A program made the translations under genes and the position numbers. Source: an uncultured Lachnobacterium sp. (GTDB lineage: Bacteria; Bacillota; Clostridia; Lachnospirales; Lachnospiraceae). Taken from it: a DNA stretch of 45,934 bases. Below the pieces are notes generated by a model, which saw nothing but the letters and a program-made list of their open reading frames with translations, was not told the DNA's origin and made no database searches. Positions 17,994 through 29,626 of the stretch are shown in pieces. The DNA lies in NCBI GenBank assembly GCA_900548765.1, contig URLU01000001.1, positions 1-45,934 on the forward strand, in the 5' to 3' direction. Each line of letters starts with the position of its first letter. The first letter of the stretch is position 1.

Positions 17994-19187
17994 ATGAAAA
18001 TTGCAGTAATGGGCTATGGCACAATTGGATCTGGTGTCGTAGAAGTATTAAGAATCAACAAGGAAAAAATCGCAAAGCGCGCAGGAGAGCCAGTTGAGGT
18101 TAAGTACATATTAGACCTCCGCGAGTTCCCGGGAGATCCTATGGAGGATGCGATTGTACATGATTATCAGACAATTGCAAACGACCCGGAGATAGGCATT
18201 GTAGTTGAAACAATGGGAGGCGTTGAGCCGGCATATACTTTTGTGAAGGCTATGCTTGAAGCAGGAAAGCAGGTTACAACATCAAACAAGAATCTCGTGG
18301 CTGCCAAGGGTGCTGAGCTCATTAGGATTGCAAGAGAGCATGGAGTAAACTTCCAGTTTGAGGCAAGTGTAGGCGGTGGAATCCCGATTATCCGTCCCCT
18401 CAACAAATGCCTCACAGCAGATGAAATAGAAGAGATTACAGGAATTTTAAACGGAACTACAAACTATATGCTTACAAAGATGACTGATGAGGGGGCTGAC
18501 TTTGACGAGGTGCTTAAGGATGCACAGGCAAAGGGCTATGCAGAGAAGGACCCTACAGCAGACATCGAGGGACATGACCCATGCAGAAAGATTGCAATCC
18601 TTACATCCCTCGTAGCAGGAAAGCAGATTGATTTTGAGGATATCCACTGTGAGGGAATCACAAAGATTACAGCTGTAGACATCAAGTATGCTAAGGCAAT
18701 GAACCGCTCAATCAAGCTTCTTGCATCCAGCAAAAAGGTGGGAGACAGCTATTCATGTCTGGTTGCTCCATATATGCTTAAGAGCACACATCCATTGTGT
18801 GGAGTAAACGGAGTATTCAACGGAATCTTTGTACATGGCAATGTACTTGGAGATGCTATGTTCTACGGAAGTGGAGCAGGAAAGCTTCCTACAGCTTCTG
18901 CAGTTGTAGCTGACGTAGTGGATATGGTTAAGCATCAGCATACCAATATCTATATTGACTGGAGTCAGGAAAAGCTTGAAATTGTAGACTACAAGGACAG
19001 TGTAAATGCTTTCTTTGTCAGAACTTCATCAGACAAGGCAGCAGTTGAGGCAGCATTTGGAAATGTAGAGTATGTGGAAAATGTAGAGGCTGGAGAAATT
19101 GGATTTGTAACAGGCGAGATGACAGAGGCTGAATTTGAGGAAAAATCAGCAAAAATCGAGATTCTTAACAGAATCCGTCTGGGATAA
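17994..19187 (+). CDS. hom: Homoserine dehydrogenase
   Basis: GYGTIGSG, FEASVGGGIP, GILNGTTNY, GYAEKDPTADIEG, GAGKLPTASAV. Confidence 0.95.
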   Translation: MKIAVMGYGTIGSGVVEVLRINKEKIAKRAGEPVEVKYILDLREFPGDPMEDAIVHDYQTIANDPEIGIVVETMGGVEPAYTFVKAMLEAGKQVTTSNKNLVAAKGAELIRIAREHGVNFQFEASVGGGIPIIRPLNKCLTADEIEEITGILNGTTNYMLTKMTDEGADFDEVLKDAQAKGYAEKDPTADIEGHDPCRKIAILTSLVAGKQIDFEDIHCEGITKITAVDIKYAKAMNRSIKLLASSKKVGDSYSCLVAPYMLKSTHPLCGVNGVFNGIFVHGNVLGDAMFYGSGAGKLPTASAVVADVVDMVKHQHTNIYIDWSQEKLEIVDYKDSVNAFFVRTSSDKAAVEAAFGNVEYVENVEAGEIGFVTGEMTEAEFEEKSAKIEILNRIRLG

Positions 19188-19213
19188 AAGCTGTTTACAA
19201 AAATATGCACAAG

Positions 19214-19271
19214 ATAGAACCTGTGAATTTGTTTAAAGTGTAGAAAAAATATTCATGGGTTCTATTTTTTT
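19214..19271 (+). terminator. Probable terminator after hom
   Basis: ATAGAACCTGTGAAT...ATTCATGGGTTCTAT with large loop, then T run. Confidence 0.6.
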
Positions 19272-19279
19272 GCTTCATT

Positions 19280-19383
19280 TGTTATAATGAACACATAAAG
19301 AAATAACGTGGAATCGGAGAGTGGAGAGTGATTTTGTGTACTGAGGCCAAGGCTTCAGTATTAGTCGCATCTTCATTTTTTTT
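19280..19383 (+). promoter_or_regulatory. glpK promoter and leader attenuator (GlpP-type)
   Basis: TGTTATAAT at 19280-19288; GGAGA x2 (19316, 19323) overlapping a hairpin TGGAGAGTGATT..TACTGAGGC-CAAG-GCTTCAGTA..AGTCGCATCTTCA followed by T8. Confidence 0.6.
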
Positions 19384-19401
19384 GTTGTCATGCACACATA
19401 G

Positions 19402-19460
19402 AACCTGCCCGGGCGGCGTCAGCTGCATGCTTTGGTATACCGCGAATCTGCCGGCGGCAG
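19402..19460 (-). repeat. Degenerate copies of the 44-bp CTGCC-N3-GGCAG repeat
   Basis: Reverse complement TATACCAAAGCATGCA...GGCAGGTT matches the 5304-5435 units; perfect palindrome at 19448-19460. Confidence 0.65.
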
Positions 19461-19509
19461 GGACGGCTGGTGCGTGCCTGGAAACTAAAATACATTATGT
19501 GGTTTATAG

Positions 19510-21057
<1,548 letters not shown>

Positions 21058-21073
21058 GGACAAGGTATTTATA

Positions 21074-21120
21074 TATAAGCTGCCAGACATCCTGGGAAAA
21101 TGCTGGCGGCAGGCTCGGAT
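21074..21120 (+). repeat. Degenerate copy of the TGCCATGCATCCAGAGAAGCTGCC..GGCAGG repeat variant
   Basis: Aligns with reverse complement of 2958-2999; shares TATAAGCTGCCA with 41338-41349. Confidence 0.6.
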
Positions 21121-21157
21121 AGCATCGGGAAACAGGGGAGAGATTTGGGGAGGATAG

Positions 21158-21919
21158 ATGAACCAAATCAGGTATTTTAAAATATATAAGAGCTTTCTTC
21201 GGATATTGGATTGGATATTTCCACCTAGATGTCCTGTTTGTGATGGACTAATGGATAGTGGTGAGCTTATTCATGAAAATTGCCGCAGGAAGCTCTTTTT
21301 TGTAAAGGAGCCCTGCTGCGCAAGATGTGGCAGACCTTTGCTTTCGGAAAGTCAGGAGTATTGTATGGACTGTGCCAGAAAGCAGAAGGGGCAGCGTAAA
21401 AATAATGAGCCGGGGTTTAAACAGGGAAAAAGCCTTTTTCTCTACAAGGGGATGGTTAAGGAAACCATGTATCGCTTTAAGTATTCCAATAAAAGAGAAT
21501 ACGCAGAGTATTTTGCAAGGGAAGCAGCGGAAAGCTATGGAGACTGGATAAGGCAGAAGGGCATACAGGTGATTGTCCCGGTACCTATGTACAGGCATAA
21601 GCAGAGGGTCAGAGGATATAATCAGGCAGAGGTTTTTGCCCGGGCATTGTCAATGGAACTGGGAATCCCATTGGCTTCAAATATAGTAAAAAGAGTGCGG
21701 GATACAGTGCCTTTAAAGACCCTGAATCCGGAAGAAAGAAAAAATAATCTGAAAAATGCTTTTCAAGGGATAAATAATATAGTAAAATATGACCGTATAC
21801 TATTAATTGATGATATATATACAACTGGCAGTACCGCTGAGGCAGTAAGCCAGGAGTTAATAAATACAGGGATAAAGGAAGTATACCTGCTGTGTGTATG
21901 CATAGGCCAGGGTGCTTAG
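21158..21919 (+). CDS. ComF/ComFC family protein (zinc ribbons + PRT domain)
   Basis: FPPRCPVCD, CARCG, RGYNQAE, LLIDDIYTTGST. Confidence 0.9.
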   Translation: MNQIRYFKIYKSFLRILDWIFPPRCPVCDGLMDSGELIHENCRRKLFFVKEPCCARCGRPLLSESQEYCMDCARKQKGQRKNNEPGFKQGKSLFLYKGMVKETMYRFKYSNKREYAEYFAREAAESYGDWIRQKGIQVIVPVPMYRHKQRVRGYNQAEVFARALSMELGIPLASNIVKRVRDTVPLKTLNPEERKNNLKNAFQGINNIVKYDRILLIDDIYTTGSTAEAVSQELINTGIKEVYLLCVCIGQGA

Positions 21920-21932
21920 GAGGAATAGTGTA

Positions 21933-22343
21933 ATGGAAGTAAGAAACTGTAAAGCTTGTGGACGTCTGTTCAATGTAATGGGCAGAGAGAGGCTGTGTCC
22001 GGCATGCAGGGCAAAGTTAGAAGAAAAATTCCAGGAGGTTAAGAGATATCTGGAAGAAAACCCAAATTCATCTGTAGAGAATGTGTCAAGGGAAAATGAT
22101 GTCAGCACCAAACAGATTAGGCAGTGGGTTAAAGAGGAGAGACTCATACTATCCAGTGGAATAGTAGATGGAATCGTATGCGAGACCTGCGGCAAGCCTA
22201 TTGTTACGGGGCGTTACTGTGATAAGTGTAAGGCTAAATTATCCAGCACGTTTGCCAATGCCCTGGACAAACCAAAGAAGGAAGAAACAAGAAGTCTTGA
22301 ACGCGACAGAGATGGTGACAAGATGAGGTTTCTTAGAAGTTAA
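21933..22343 (+). CDS. YvyF-like flagellar operon protein
   Basis: RNCKACGRLF...CPAC, CETCGKPI..GRYCDKC; follows comF; ATG 21933 after AGGAGG. Confidence 0.8.
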   Translation: MEVRNCKACGRLFNVMGRERLCPACRAKLEEKFQEVKRYLEENPNSSVENVSRENDVSTKQIRQWVKEERLILSSGIVDGIVCETCGKPIVTGRYCDKCKAKLSSTFANALDKPKKEETRSLERDRDGDKMRFLRS

Positions 22344-22373
22344 GAAAAAATTAATAAAATATGCGCCAAAGAT

Positions 22374-22407
22374 AAGCCGTTTCCCAGACTGGGGGAAATG
22401 GCTTTTT
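22374..22407 (+). terminator. Intrinsic terminator
   Basis: AAGCCGTTTCCC-N7-GGGAAATGGCTT then TTT. Confidence 0.75.
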
Positions 22408-22408
22408 A

Positions 22409-22437
22409 TTGTCAAAGAAGGCCCATTATGGTATAAT
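22409..22437 (+). promoter_or_regulatory. sigma70 promoter of the operon leading to cdaA
   Basis: TTGTCA-N17-TATAAT with TGn extension. Confidence 0.7.
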
Positions 22438-22477
22438 TTTCAAGAATGTATAATTGCGTCTAATACAAGGAGAACTT

Positions 22478-22882
22478 ATGATTAATGAGGATAGAGTGAA
22501 GGAGCTGTATCATTTAGCTGCCTATGAATCTACAAATGAGAAGCTTCATAAAGAAGTAAATGAGTATTATTTGTGGGATTATGTCTGGAAAGAAGTTATG
22601 AAAAGCTTTTTCTCAGGAAGCCTTGCCTTTGTGGGTCTGCTTGTTCTGTGGGTGATTCAGGATGTGCAGGGTCTGCTGGACAGCTTAAACAGCATAGACT
22701 TAGTGGGGACAGCAGCAATCATAGCTGCCCTGTACATTGCATTTATGGCGGTGTATATATTTGTCACAGTGCTTGTCTATACTTCCAGATATGGTAAGGG
22801 CAGAAAGAAGCTTCACAGATATGTTGAACACCTAAAAAATACAAACAGGATGTACAACAGGGAAGAGAAACTGAGGCGATAG
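22478..22882 (+). CDS. Hypothetical membrane protein (2 TM)
   Basis: ORF with AAGGAG RBS before ATG 22478; two hydrophobic segments. Confidence 0.75.
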   Translation: MINEDRVKELYHLAAYESTNEKLHKEVNEYYLWDYVWKEVMKSFFSGSLAFVGLLVLWVIQDVQGLLDSLNSIDLVGTAAIIAALYIAFMAVYIFVTVLVYTSRYGKGRKKLHRYVEHLKNTNRMYNREEKLRR

Positions 22883-22890
22883 GAGGGAAT

Positions 22891-23928
22891 ATGACTAAAT
22901 TATTGGAATTAAAGGATAAATATGCAAAATTATTTGCAAATTATGAGACTTATATCACACCAGTTTTAAAATTTATACTGATGCTGGTTACGCTTCTCTT
23001 TATAAGAGCCGACCTTGGCTTTATGAGCGCAATCAGCTCAATACCTGTGACAATCGTGCTTGCACTGGTTGGAGCACTTTTGCCAATCAATGCTATGATA
23101 TGGATTTTTGCAATAATACTGCTGGCAGACCTGTATGCCTTGTCAATGGAGGTTGCAGCTACAGCTTTTGTGCTTTTGGCGGTGATTTACTTTATATATT
23201 TCAGATTTTCACCAAAGGACGGACTGGCAGCAATTTTGACACCGGTATGCTTTAAGCTTGGCATTCCATATGTGATGCCGGTTGGAGCAGGACTTTTAGG
23301 CAGGGCTTTCTCAGCAATCGCAGTAGGCTGTGGTACAGTATTGTACTTCTTTTTGGATGGCATAAGGCAGAATGCAGCAGAGCTTGGCACAACAGTGGAT
23401 TCAGACACAATTTCGTCAAAGTTTAATGTTACAGTTGGTCAGTTGTTGGGAAATAAGGAAATGTATCTGGTTCTGGCCATTATGGCTGTAACAACTGTTG
23501 TGGTATATATAGTCAGACGTTTGAGAACAGATTACGCCTGGTCTCTTGCAATTATATCAGGAATTGTGGTTCAGGTGGTTGGACTTTTAGTTGGATATCT
23601 TGTGCTGGGAGCACCGGGAAAAATCCTTTTTATGATAATTGGAAGCATTGTTTCCCTGCTGATAGGCTTTGTAATCCAGTTTATTTTTATGAATCTTGAC
23701 TATGCCAGAACTGAGAGAGTACAGTTTGAGGATGACGAGTATTACTATTATGTCAAAGCTGTACCAAAGAAAATGGTTACATCAGAGGAAAAAACCGTTA
23801 AGCACTTTGGAAACACGGCGGCTATGGGCAAAAGAATAAACAGGACACCATCAGAAGACAAGGATGATTACATCACTAATAAGGTGATTGCAGAAGAACT
23901 CGATATAGACGAGGATCTTTTGAAATAA
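22891..23928 (+). CDS. Hypothetical polytopic membrane protein
   Basis: Many TM segments; cytoplasmic tail LDY.RTE.VQFEDDEYYYYVKAVPK; AGGAGG RBS. Confidence 0.8.
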   Translation: MTKLLELKDKYAKLFANYETYITPVLKFILMLVTLLFIRADLGFMSAISSIPVTIVLALVGALLPINAMIWIFAIILLADLYALSMEVAATAFVLLAVIYFIYFRFSPKDGLAAILTPVCFKLGIPYVMPVGAGLLGRAFSAIAVGCGTVLYFFLDGIRQNAAELGTTVDSDTISSKFNVTVGQLLGNKEMYLVLAIMAVTTVVVYIVRRLRTDYAWSLAIISGIVVQVVGLLVGYLVLGAPGKILFMIIGSIVSLLIGFVIQFIFMNLDYARTERVQFEDDEYYYYVKAVPKKMVTSEEKTVKHFGNTAAMGKRINRTPSEDKDDYITNKVIAEELDIDEDLLK

Positions 23929-23972
23929 GTTGGACATTATAGACAGCATAAAATGAGTGGAAGGAGAGCAGA

Positions 23973-24878
23973 ATGCAGAGTTTTTTAGGAATGTTGAATG
24001 CCTTTGCAGATAAGGTGGCATCATATGTTAGCATACCAAATATAAGCATATCGACAGTTGATATTATAGAAATCCTTATTATTTCTGTACTCTTCTACCA
24101 TGTACTTGTATGGATAAAAGATACCAGAGCATGGAATCTGTTTAAGGGAATCGTTATAATATTAATATTTGTGCTGATTGCGGCCTTTTTCCAGATGAAT
24201 ACAATACTGTGGCTGGCAAAAAACACCTTCGACATTGGTCTTCTTGCAGTTGTTGTAATCTTTCAGCCAGAGCTTAGGCATGCACTTGAGAATATCGGAG
24301 GCAAAAAAATCTTTGGCAACCTGTTTACAATAGGAAAGACAGAGAATGTGAAGTTTTCCGATAAGACCATCGAGGAAATTATAAAGGCAAGCTATGCTAT
24401 GGGCAAGGTTAAAACCGGAGCACTCATAGTGGTGGAGGACAGCATAAAGCTTGACGAATATGTCAGAACAGGAATAGATGTTGATGGTCTCCTGACCAGT
24501 CAGCTTCTTATAAATATTTTTGAAAAGAATACTCCTCTGCATGATGGAGCTGTAATTGTGAGAGGTGACAGGGTTGTGTCGGCGACCTGCTATCTGCCAT
24601 TATCTGACAGCCTTAACCTGTCAAAGGATCTGGGTACCAGACATCGTGCAGCAGTTGGAATAAGTGAGGTTAGTGACTCTCTTACAATCGTGGTATCAGA
24701 GGAGACCGGTAAGGTATCCATTGCAATGAAGGGCAGGATATATCATGATGTTGACGCTGATTTCCTGAGAAAACAGTTACAGTTTGTACAGAATAAGACA
24801 TACGAAGCAAAAGGAATTGAACTTTTGAGAAGGAGGTTGAAGAATGAAAAGAAATCTTCTAAAATCTCTGACCAATAA
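23973..24878 (+). CDS. cdaA: Diadenylate cyclase CdaA
   Basis: 3 TM, FQPELR, TPLHDGAV, LGTRHRAA, VSEETG. Confidence 0.95.
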   Translation: MQSFLGMLNAFADKVASYVSIPNISISTVDIIEILIISVLFYHVLVWIKDTRAWNLFKGIVIILIFVLIAAFFQMNTILWLAKNTFDIGLLAVVVIFQPELRHALENIGGKKIFGNLFTIGKTENVKFSDKTIEEIIKASYAMGKVKTGALIVVEDSIKLDEYVRTGIDVDGLLTSQLLINIFEKNTPLHDGAVIVRGDRVVSATCYLPLSDSLNLSKDLGTRHRAAVGISEVSDSLTIVVSEETGKVSIAMKGRIYHDVDADFLRKQLQFVQNKTYEAKGIELLRRRLKNEKKSSKISDQ

Positions 24879-26265
24879 TCTCGGATTTAAAATACTGGCA
24901 GTAATTTTCGCTTTTACCCTGTGGCTGGTTGTCTACAATATAGAGGATCCTACAAAGACAAAGACTTTTTCCACCAATGTTACAGTGGAAAATGCTGATG
25001 CAGTGACAGATCTTAATAAGTGTTATGAAGTGGTGGACGGCAGTAACTTTGTGTCATTTTCAGTGACCGCAAAGCGAAGCGTGCTGGATAATATGGAGGA
25101 TAGTGATTTTACAGCAACAGCTGATATGTCAAAGCTGGTAATCGGAGAGGATGGCAAATCGGCCGTTGTGCCAATTGATATATCTACCAGCAATAAGTAC
25201 TCAAATTCAGTTAAGTTTAATGGCAGCACAAAGTTTATGAATGTAAATCTTGAAAATTTACAGAGCAAGCAGTTTGTGGTATCTGCAAGCACAGTTGGAA
25301 CTGTGGCTGAGGGATATGCTCTTGGCAACGTGACAATCAGCAATCCAAATGTCCTTAAGGTATCGGGACCTGAGTCAATAGTCAGCCAGATTGCATCTGT
25401 TATTGCAACTATTGATGTGGATGGCATGAGCATGAATATTACAGATAATGTTGTGCCTGTACTCTACGATTCAGACGGAAATGAGATAGATACGACGAAG
25501 CTTAAGCTCAGCAACACCACAGTGACGATATCAGCAGAGATACTGGGAACCAAGACTGTTGATTTGGTATTTAGTACTTCAGGAACACCTGGAGAAGGTG
25601 CGACAGTTGAGAGCGTAACAAGTGATCCTGACTCTGTCACAATAAAAGGAACAGCATCGGCGCTTAATTCAGTTACAAGCATTGAGGTGCCAGCCAGCGC
25701 AATTGATGTGACAAATGCACTTGAAGATGTGAGCACAACAGTTGACATAACAGAGTATCTGCCGGAAGGAGTAAGTCTTGTGGATTCTAAGCAGGCATCC
25801 GTAAAGGTTACAGTAGCTATAAGTGCAGAGTCAACCAGAAAGCTGGAGATACCTGCGGACAATATATCAATGAGTGGTCTGGGCTCAGATTATACTGCTA
25901 AGCTTGACAGTCAGACTGTGGAAGTCATTGTGACTGGTGAGATGAAGGCGGTGCAGAGCATAGATGCTTCACAGATAACAGGAAAAGCAGACTTATCCGG
26001 ACTTACAGAGGGTACACACACAGTAGCTGTGGACTTGTCTCTGGATAAGGATACATATATGTATGATACAGTAAATGTGTCCGTTACAATCACTAAAAAG
26101 GCTGACAGCAGCGGTACCAATTCAGGAGCAGCAGGGGCGGCTGACAGTGCCATATCATCTGGCACAGCAGGCAGCAGTACAACAGGCAGCAGCGGTACAA
26201 CAGGCAGCTCAGAAGCTGGTGACAACAACAGTAATAACAACTCAGAGACCACAACGGGTCAATAG
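24844..26265 (+). CDS. cdaR: CdaR (YbbR-domain) regulator of CdaA
   Basis: N-terminal TM ([12 protein letters not shown]), beta-rich repeats (V.GPES, LPEGV), located between cdaA and glmM; S/G/T-rich tail. Confidence 0.88.
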   Translation: MKRNLLKSLTNNLGFKILAVIFAFTLWLVVYNIEDPTKTKTFSTNVTVENADAVTDLNKCYEVVDGSNFVSFSVTAKRSVLDNMEDSDFTATADMSKLVIGEDGKSAVVPIDISTSNKYSNSVKFNGSTKFMNVNLENLQSKQFVVSASTVGTVAEGYALGNVTISNPNVLKVSGPESIVSQIASVIATIDVDGMSMNITDNVVPVLYDSDGNEIDTTKLKLSNTTVTISAEILGTKTVDLVFSTSGTPGEGATVESVTSDPDSVTIKGTASALNSVTSIEVPASAIDVTNALEDVSTTVDITEYLPEGVSLVDSKQASVKVTVAISAESTRKLEIPADNISMSGLGSDYTAKLDSQTVEVIVTGEMKAVQSIDASQITGKADLSGLTEGTHTVAVDLSLDKDTYMYDTVNVSVTITKKADSSGTNSGAAGAADSAISSGTAGSSTTGSSGTTGSSEAGDNNSNNNSETTTGQ

Positions 26266-26303
26266 ATTTGGTTTATAAAAGTAATTCGAAAAGAGGATTT
26301 GAA

Positions 26304-27653
26304 ATGGCAAGAATGTTTGGAACAGACGGTGTAAGAGGCGTTGCAGGAACAGAACTTACAATTGAACTGGCAACACAGCTTGGACAGGCAGGAGCTTATG
26401 TACTCACCAGGGAAAAGTCACATAAGCCAACAATTATGGTAGGCTGCGATACTAGAATTTCAGGAGGCATGCTTGCAAATGCGCTTATGGCCGGTATCTG
26501 TTCTGTAGGCGCAAATGCAATATATGTGGGAGTCGCACCGACACCGGCAATTGCATACCTTACCAGAAAGCACAAGGTGGATGCAGGAGTGGTAATTTCA
26601 GCTTCCCACAATCCTATGGAGTTTAATGGAATTAAGTTCTTTAATGGTGAGGGCTACAAGCTCTCAGATGAGCTGGAGGATGAAATCGAGGCTCTTATCA
26701 GGAATAACATGAAGGATATTGATTTCCCTACAGGTGCAGGAATCGGAAAAATAGATTATAGATTCGATATAGTTGATGAGTATGTGGAATTTGAAAAGGA
26801 GACTGTGCCGGTAGACTTAAGCGGTTTAAAAATTGTGATTGACTGCGCAGAGGGCGCAAGCTCATATACTTCAGTCAAGGCACTGAAGGATTTGGGAGCA
26901 GACCTGGTTGCAATCCACACAGAGCCTGATGGCACAAACATTAATGCAGATTGCGGCTCAACACATATGGATGAGCTTAAGGCAAGAGTTGTATCTGAAA
27001 AGGCAGATGTAGGAATTGCCTTTGATGGTGATGCAGACAGAATGCTTGCCGTTGACGAGAATGGAAAGATGGTCGATGGTGATGAAATCATGGCTATCTG
27101 TGGCAATTATCTCAAATCAAAGGGCAGACTTGCCAAGGATACAATTGTTGTAACAGTTATGACAAACCTTGGTTTTTCAATAATGGGTAAAGAGCAGGAT
27201 ATCAACATTGAGAAGACTAAGGTCGGCGACAGATATGTGCTGGAAAATATGAAGGAAAATGGCTACAATCTGGGCGGAGAGCAGTCTGGTCATGTGATTT
27301 TTCTTGATGATAATACAACAGGTGATGGACTTTTATCAGCACTTCATCTGCTGCAGGTAATGGTTGACACAGGAAAGCCGCTTTCAGAGCTTGCAAAGGT
27401 TATGGAGGTGCTGCCACAGGCACTTGTAAATGCTAAGGTGCCAAATGATAAGAAGGAAAGCTATATGGAGTACAGTGATATTGCGGAAGCAATCGCTGAG
27501 CTTGAAAAGAAATTCGCCGGAGAGGGACGTGTGCTTATCAGACCATCTGGAACAGAGCCGCTTGTAAGAGTCATGATTGAAGGCAAGGATCAGAAGGTAA
27601 TAGATGAGGAAGCCCATAAGCTGGCTGAGCTTATAACAAAAGTAATGCTATAG
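26304..27653 (+). CDS. glmM: Phosphoglucosamine mutase
   Basis: [36 protein letters not shown]; start ATG 26304. Confidence 0.96.
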   Translation: MARMFGTDGVRGVAGTELTIELATQLGQAGAYVLTREKSHKPTIMVGCDTRISGGMLANALMAGICSVGANAIYVGVAPTPAIAYLTRKHKVDAGVVISASHNPMEFNGIKFFNGEGYKLSDELEDEIEALIRNNMKDIDFPTGAGIGKIDYRFDIVDEYVEFEKETVPVDLSGLKIVIDCAEGASSYTSVKALKDLGADLVAIHTEPDGTNINADCGSTHMDELKARVVSEKADVGIAFDGDADRMLAVDENGKMVDGDEIMAICGNYLKSKGRLAKDTIVVTVMTNLGFSIMGKEQDINIEKTKVGDRYVLENMKENGYNLGGEQSGHVIFLDDNTTGDGLLSALHLLQVMVDTGKPLSELAKVMEVLPQALVNAKVPNDKKESYMEYSDIAEAIAELEKKFAGEGRVLIRPSGTEPLVRVMIEGKDQKVIDEEAHKLAELITKVML

Positions 27654-27665
27654 GAGGAAAAGGTA

Positions 27666-27938
27666 TTGGTATCACAGAAATTAACAATTAATAATCCAAC
27701 AGGCTTGCATCTTCGTCCTGCTGGAAATTTATGCAGGGAAGCTATGAAATTCAAGTGCAAGGTTACATTTAATTATGGGGGAGAAATGGAATCAGTTGCA
27801 AATGCAAAATCAGTGCTTTCAGTATTGGGTGCATGTATAAAATCAGGAGATGATATCAAGCTTGTCTGCGATGGGGAGGACGAGGCTGAGGCTCTTGATT
27901 ATTTGTCAAAGTATATAGAGGATGGTCTTGGAGAATAA
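27666..27938 (+). CDS. HPr family phosphocarrier
   Basis: GLHLRPA (His15) and NAKSVLSVL (Ser46 region), GEDE; TTG start after AGGAGG. Confidence 0.9.
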   Translation: MVSQKLTINNPTGLHLRPAGNLCREAMKFKCKVTFNYGGEMESVANAKSVLSVLGACIKSGDDIKLVCDGEDEAEALDYLSKYIEDGLGE

Positions 27939-29623
27939 TGTTAAATTACAAAAGATATAGAAAAAATCCAGTGCTTCATTATCCAGAGAGACAGTGGCCG
28001 AATAAGGAAATTGAGAAAGCACCAATCTGGTGCTCGGTAGATTTGCGTGATGGTAATCAGGCACTTATCGAGCCAATGAATGTAGACGAGAAAATGGAAA
28101 TGTTTGAGCTTCTGCTCAGGCTGGGCTTCAAGGAAATCGAAATCGGATTTCCAGCTGCTTCACAAATAGAATTTGATTTTCTGCGCAAACTTGTAGCAGA
28201 GAATAAAATACCTGATGATGTGAAGGTACAGGTGCTCTGTCAGTGCCGTCAGGAGCTTATCGACAGAACCTTTGAAGCTATACAGGGTATTAAAAATGTA
28301 ATATTCCATATATATAACTCTACATCCACGCTTCAGCGGGAAGTGGTTTTCCACAAGGACAGACCTGAGATTATAGAGATTGCAAAGGCTGGAACAAACA
28401 TGGTCAAGGAAGGCATGAAAAACTTTGACGGAAACATCCAGCTCGAGTATTCACCAGAGAGCTTTACTGGTACAGAGATGGATTTTGCATTGGAGATATG
28501 CACAGCGGTTCAGGAGACATGGAATCATGCCAATGACAATCCTATTATTTTCAATCTTCCTGCAACTGTTGAGATGAATACACCAAATGTGTACGCTGAC
28601 CAGATTGAGTGGATGAGTACACATTTTAAGGAGAGAGAAAACATAATACTTTCTGTTCATCCTCATAACGACAGGGGAACAGGCGTTGCGATTACAGAGC
28701 TTGCGCTTCTTGCGGGAGCTGACAGGGTAGAGGGAACCCTGCTTGGAAATGGTGAGAGAACCGGAAATGTGGACATACTTACAGTAGCCTATAATATGTT
28801 CTCCCAGGGAGTAAACCCAGAGCTTAATCTTGAGGACATAAAAGAAATTGTAGAAATCTATGAGCGTTGCTGCAAGATGAGTGTTGACATGCGCCATCCT
28901 TATGCTGGAAAGCTTGTATTTACTGCATTTTCCGGTTCACATCAGGATGCAATCAACAAGGGTGAGCAGGCACTTAAGGAGAGCAGTTCGCCATACTGGC
29001 AGGTGCCATATCTTCCGATTGACCCTGCGGATATCGGACGTGAGTATGAGCCGGTAGTCAGAATCAACAGCCAGTCCGGTAAAGGTGGTGTTGCATTCGT
29101 GATGAGCACAGTATATGGCTACAAGCTTCCAAAGGCTATGCAGAGAGAATTTGCAGATGTAATCCAGAAGATTTCTGAGACTGAAGGCGGAGAGATAAAG
29201 CCAGCCAGAATCATGGAGACCTTTAGGGAAGAGTATCTGCTCTGCAAGGAGCCATTTGAGCTTATATCATTTAAAGAGGGTGCTGGAAATACAGATGGAA
29301 GTGATGATGAGGAGTCACGCGTAAGCCTTGTATTTAAGTACAGAGGTGAGGAGATTCACTCGGAGGCTTCAGGAAATGGTCCTATTGATGCTGTAAAGCT
29401 TGCAATAAGACAGAGTATTCAGGGCTTTGATTTCAAGATTTTAGACTATGATGAGCATGCGCTGTCACAGGGCTCAGGTGCCAAGGCAGCGGCATATATA
29501 CAGATGCAGGATAACCGCACTGGCAATATAACTTTTGGTGTAGGTGTCAGTGGCAATATCACAAAGGCATCTATCAGAGGTATTTTCTCCGCTATGAACC
29601 GATTGGAGAATATGAGGGATTAG
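27938..29623 (+). CDS. leuA: 2-isopropylmalate synthase
   Basis: WCSVDLRDGNQAL, YSPESF, HPHNDRG, GNGERTGN, SGSHQDAI, regulatory domain GNGPID. Confidence 0.95.
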   Translation: MLNYKRYRKNPVLHYPERQWPNKEIEKAPIWCSVDLRDGNQALIEPMNVDEKMEMFELLLRLGFKEIEIGFPAASQIEFDFLRKLVAENKIPDDVKVQVLCQCRQELIDRTFEAIQGIKNVIFHIYNSTSTLQREVVFHKDRPEIIEIAKAGTNMVKEGMKNFDGNIQLEYSPESFTGTEMDFALEICTAVQETWNHANDNPIIFNLPATVEMNTPNVYADQIEWMSTHFKERENIILSVHPHNDRGTGVAITELALLAGADRVEGTLLGNGERTGNVDILTVAYNMFSQGVNPELNLEDIKEIVEIYERCCKMSVDMRHPYAGKLVFTAFSGSHQDAINKGEQALKESSSPYWQVPYLPIDPADIGREYEPVVRINSQSGKGGVAFVMSTVYGYKLPKAMQREFADVIQKISETEGGEIKPARIMETFREEYLLCKEPFELISFKEGAGNTDGSDDEESRVSLVFKYRGEEIHSEASGNGPIDAVKLAIRQSIQGFDFKILDYDEHALSQGSGAKAAAYIQMQDNRTGNITFGVGVSGNITKASIRGIFSAMNRLENMRD

Positions 29624-29626
29624 GAT

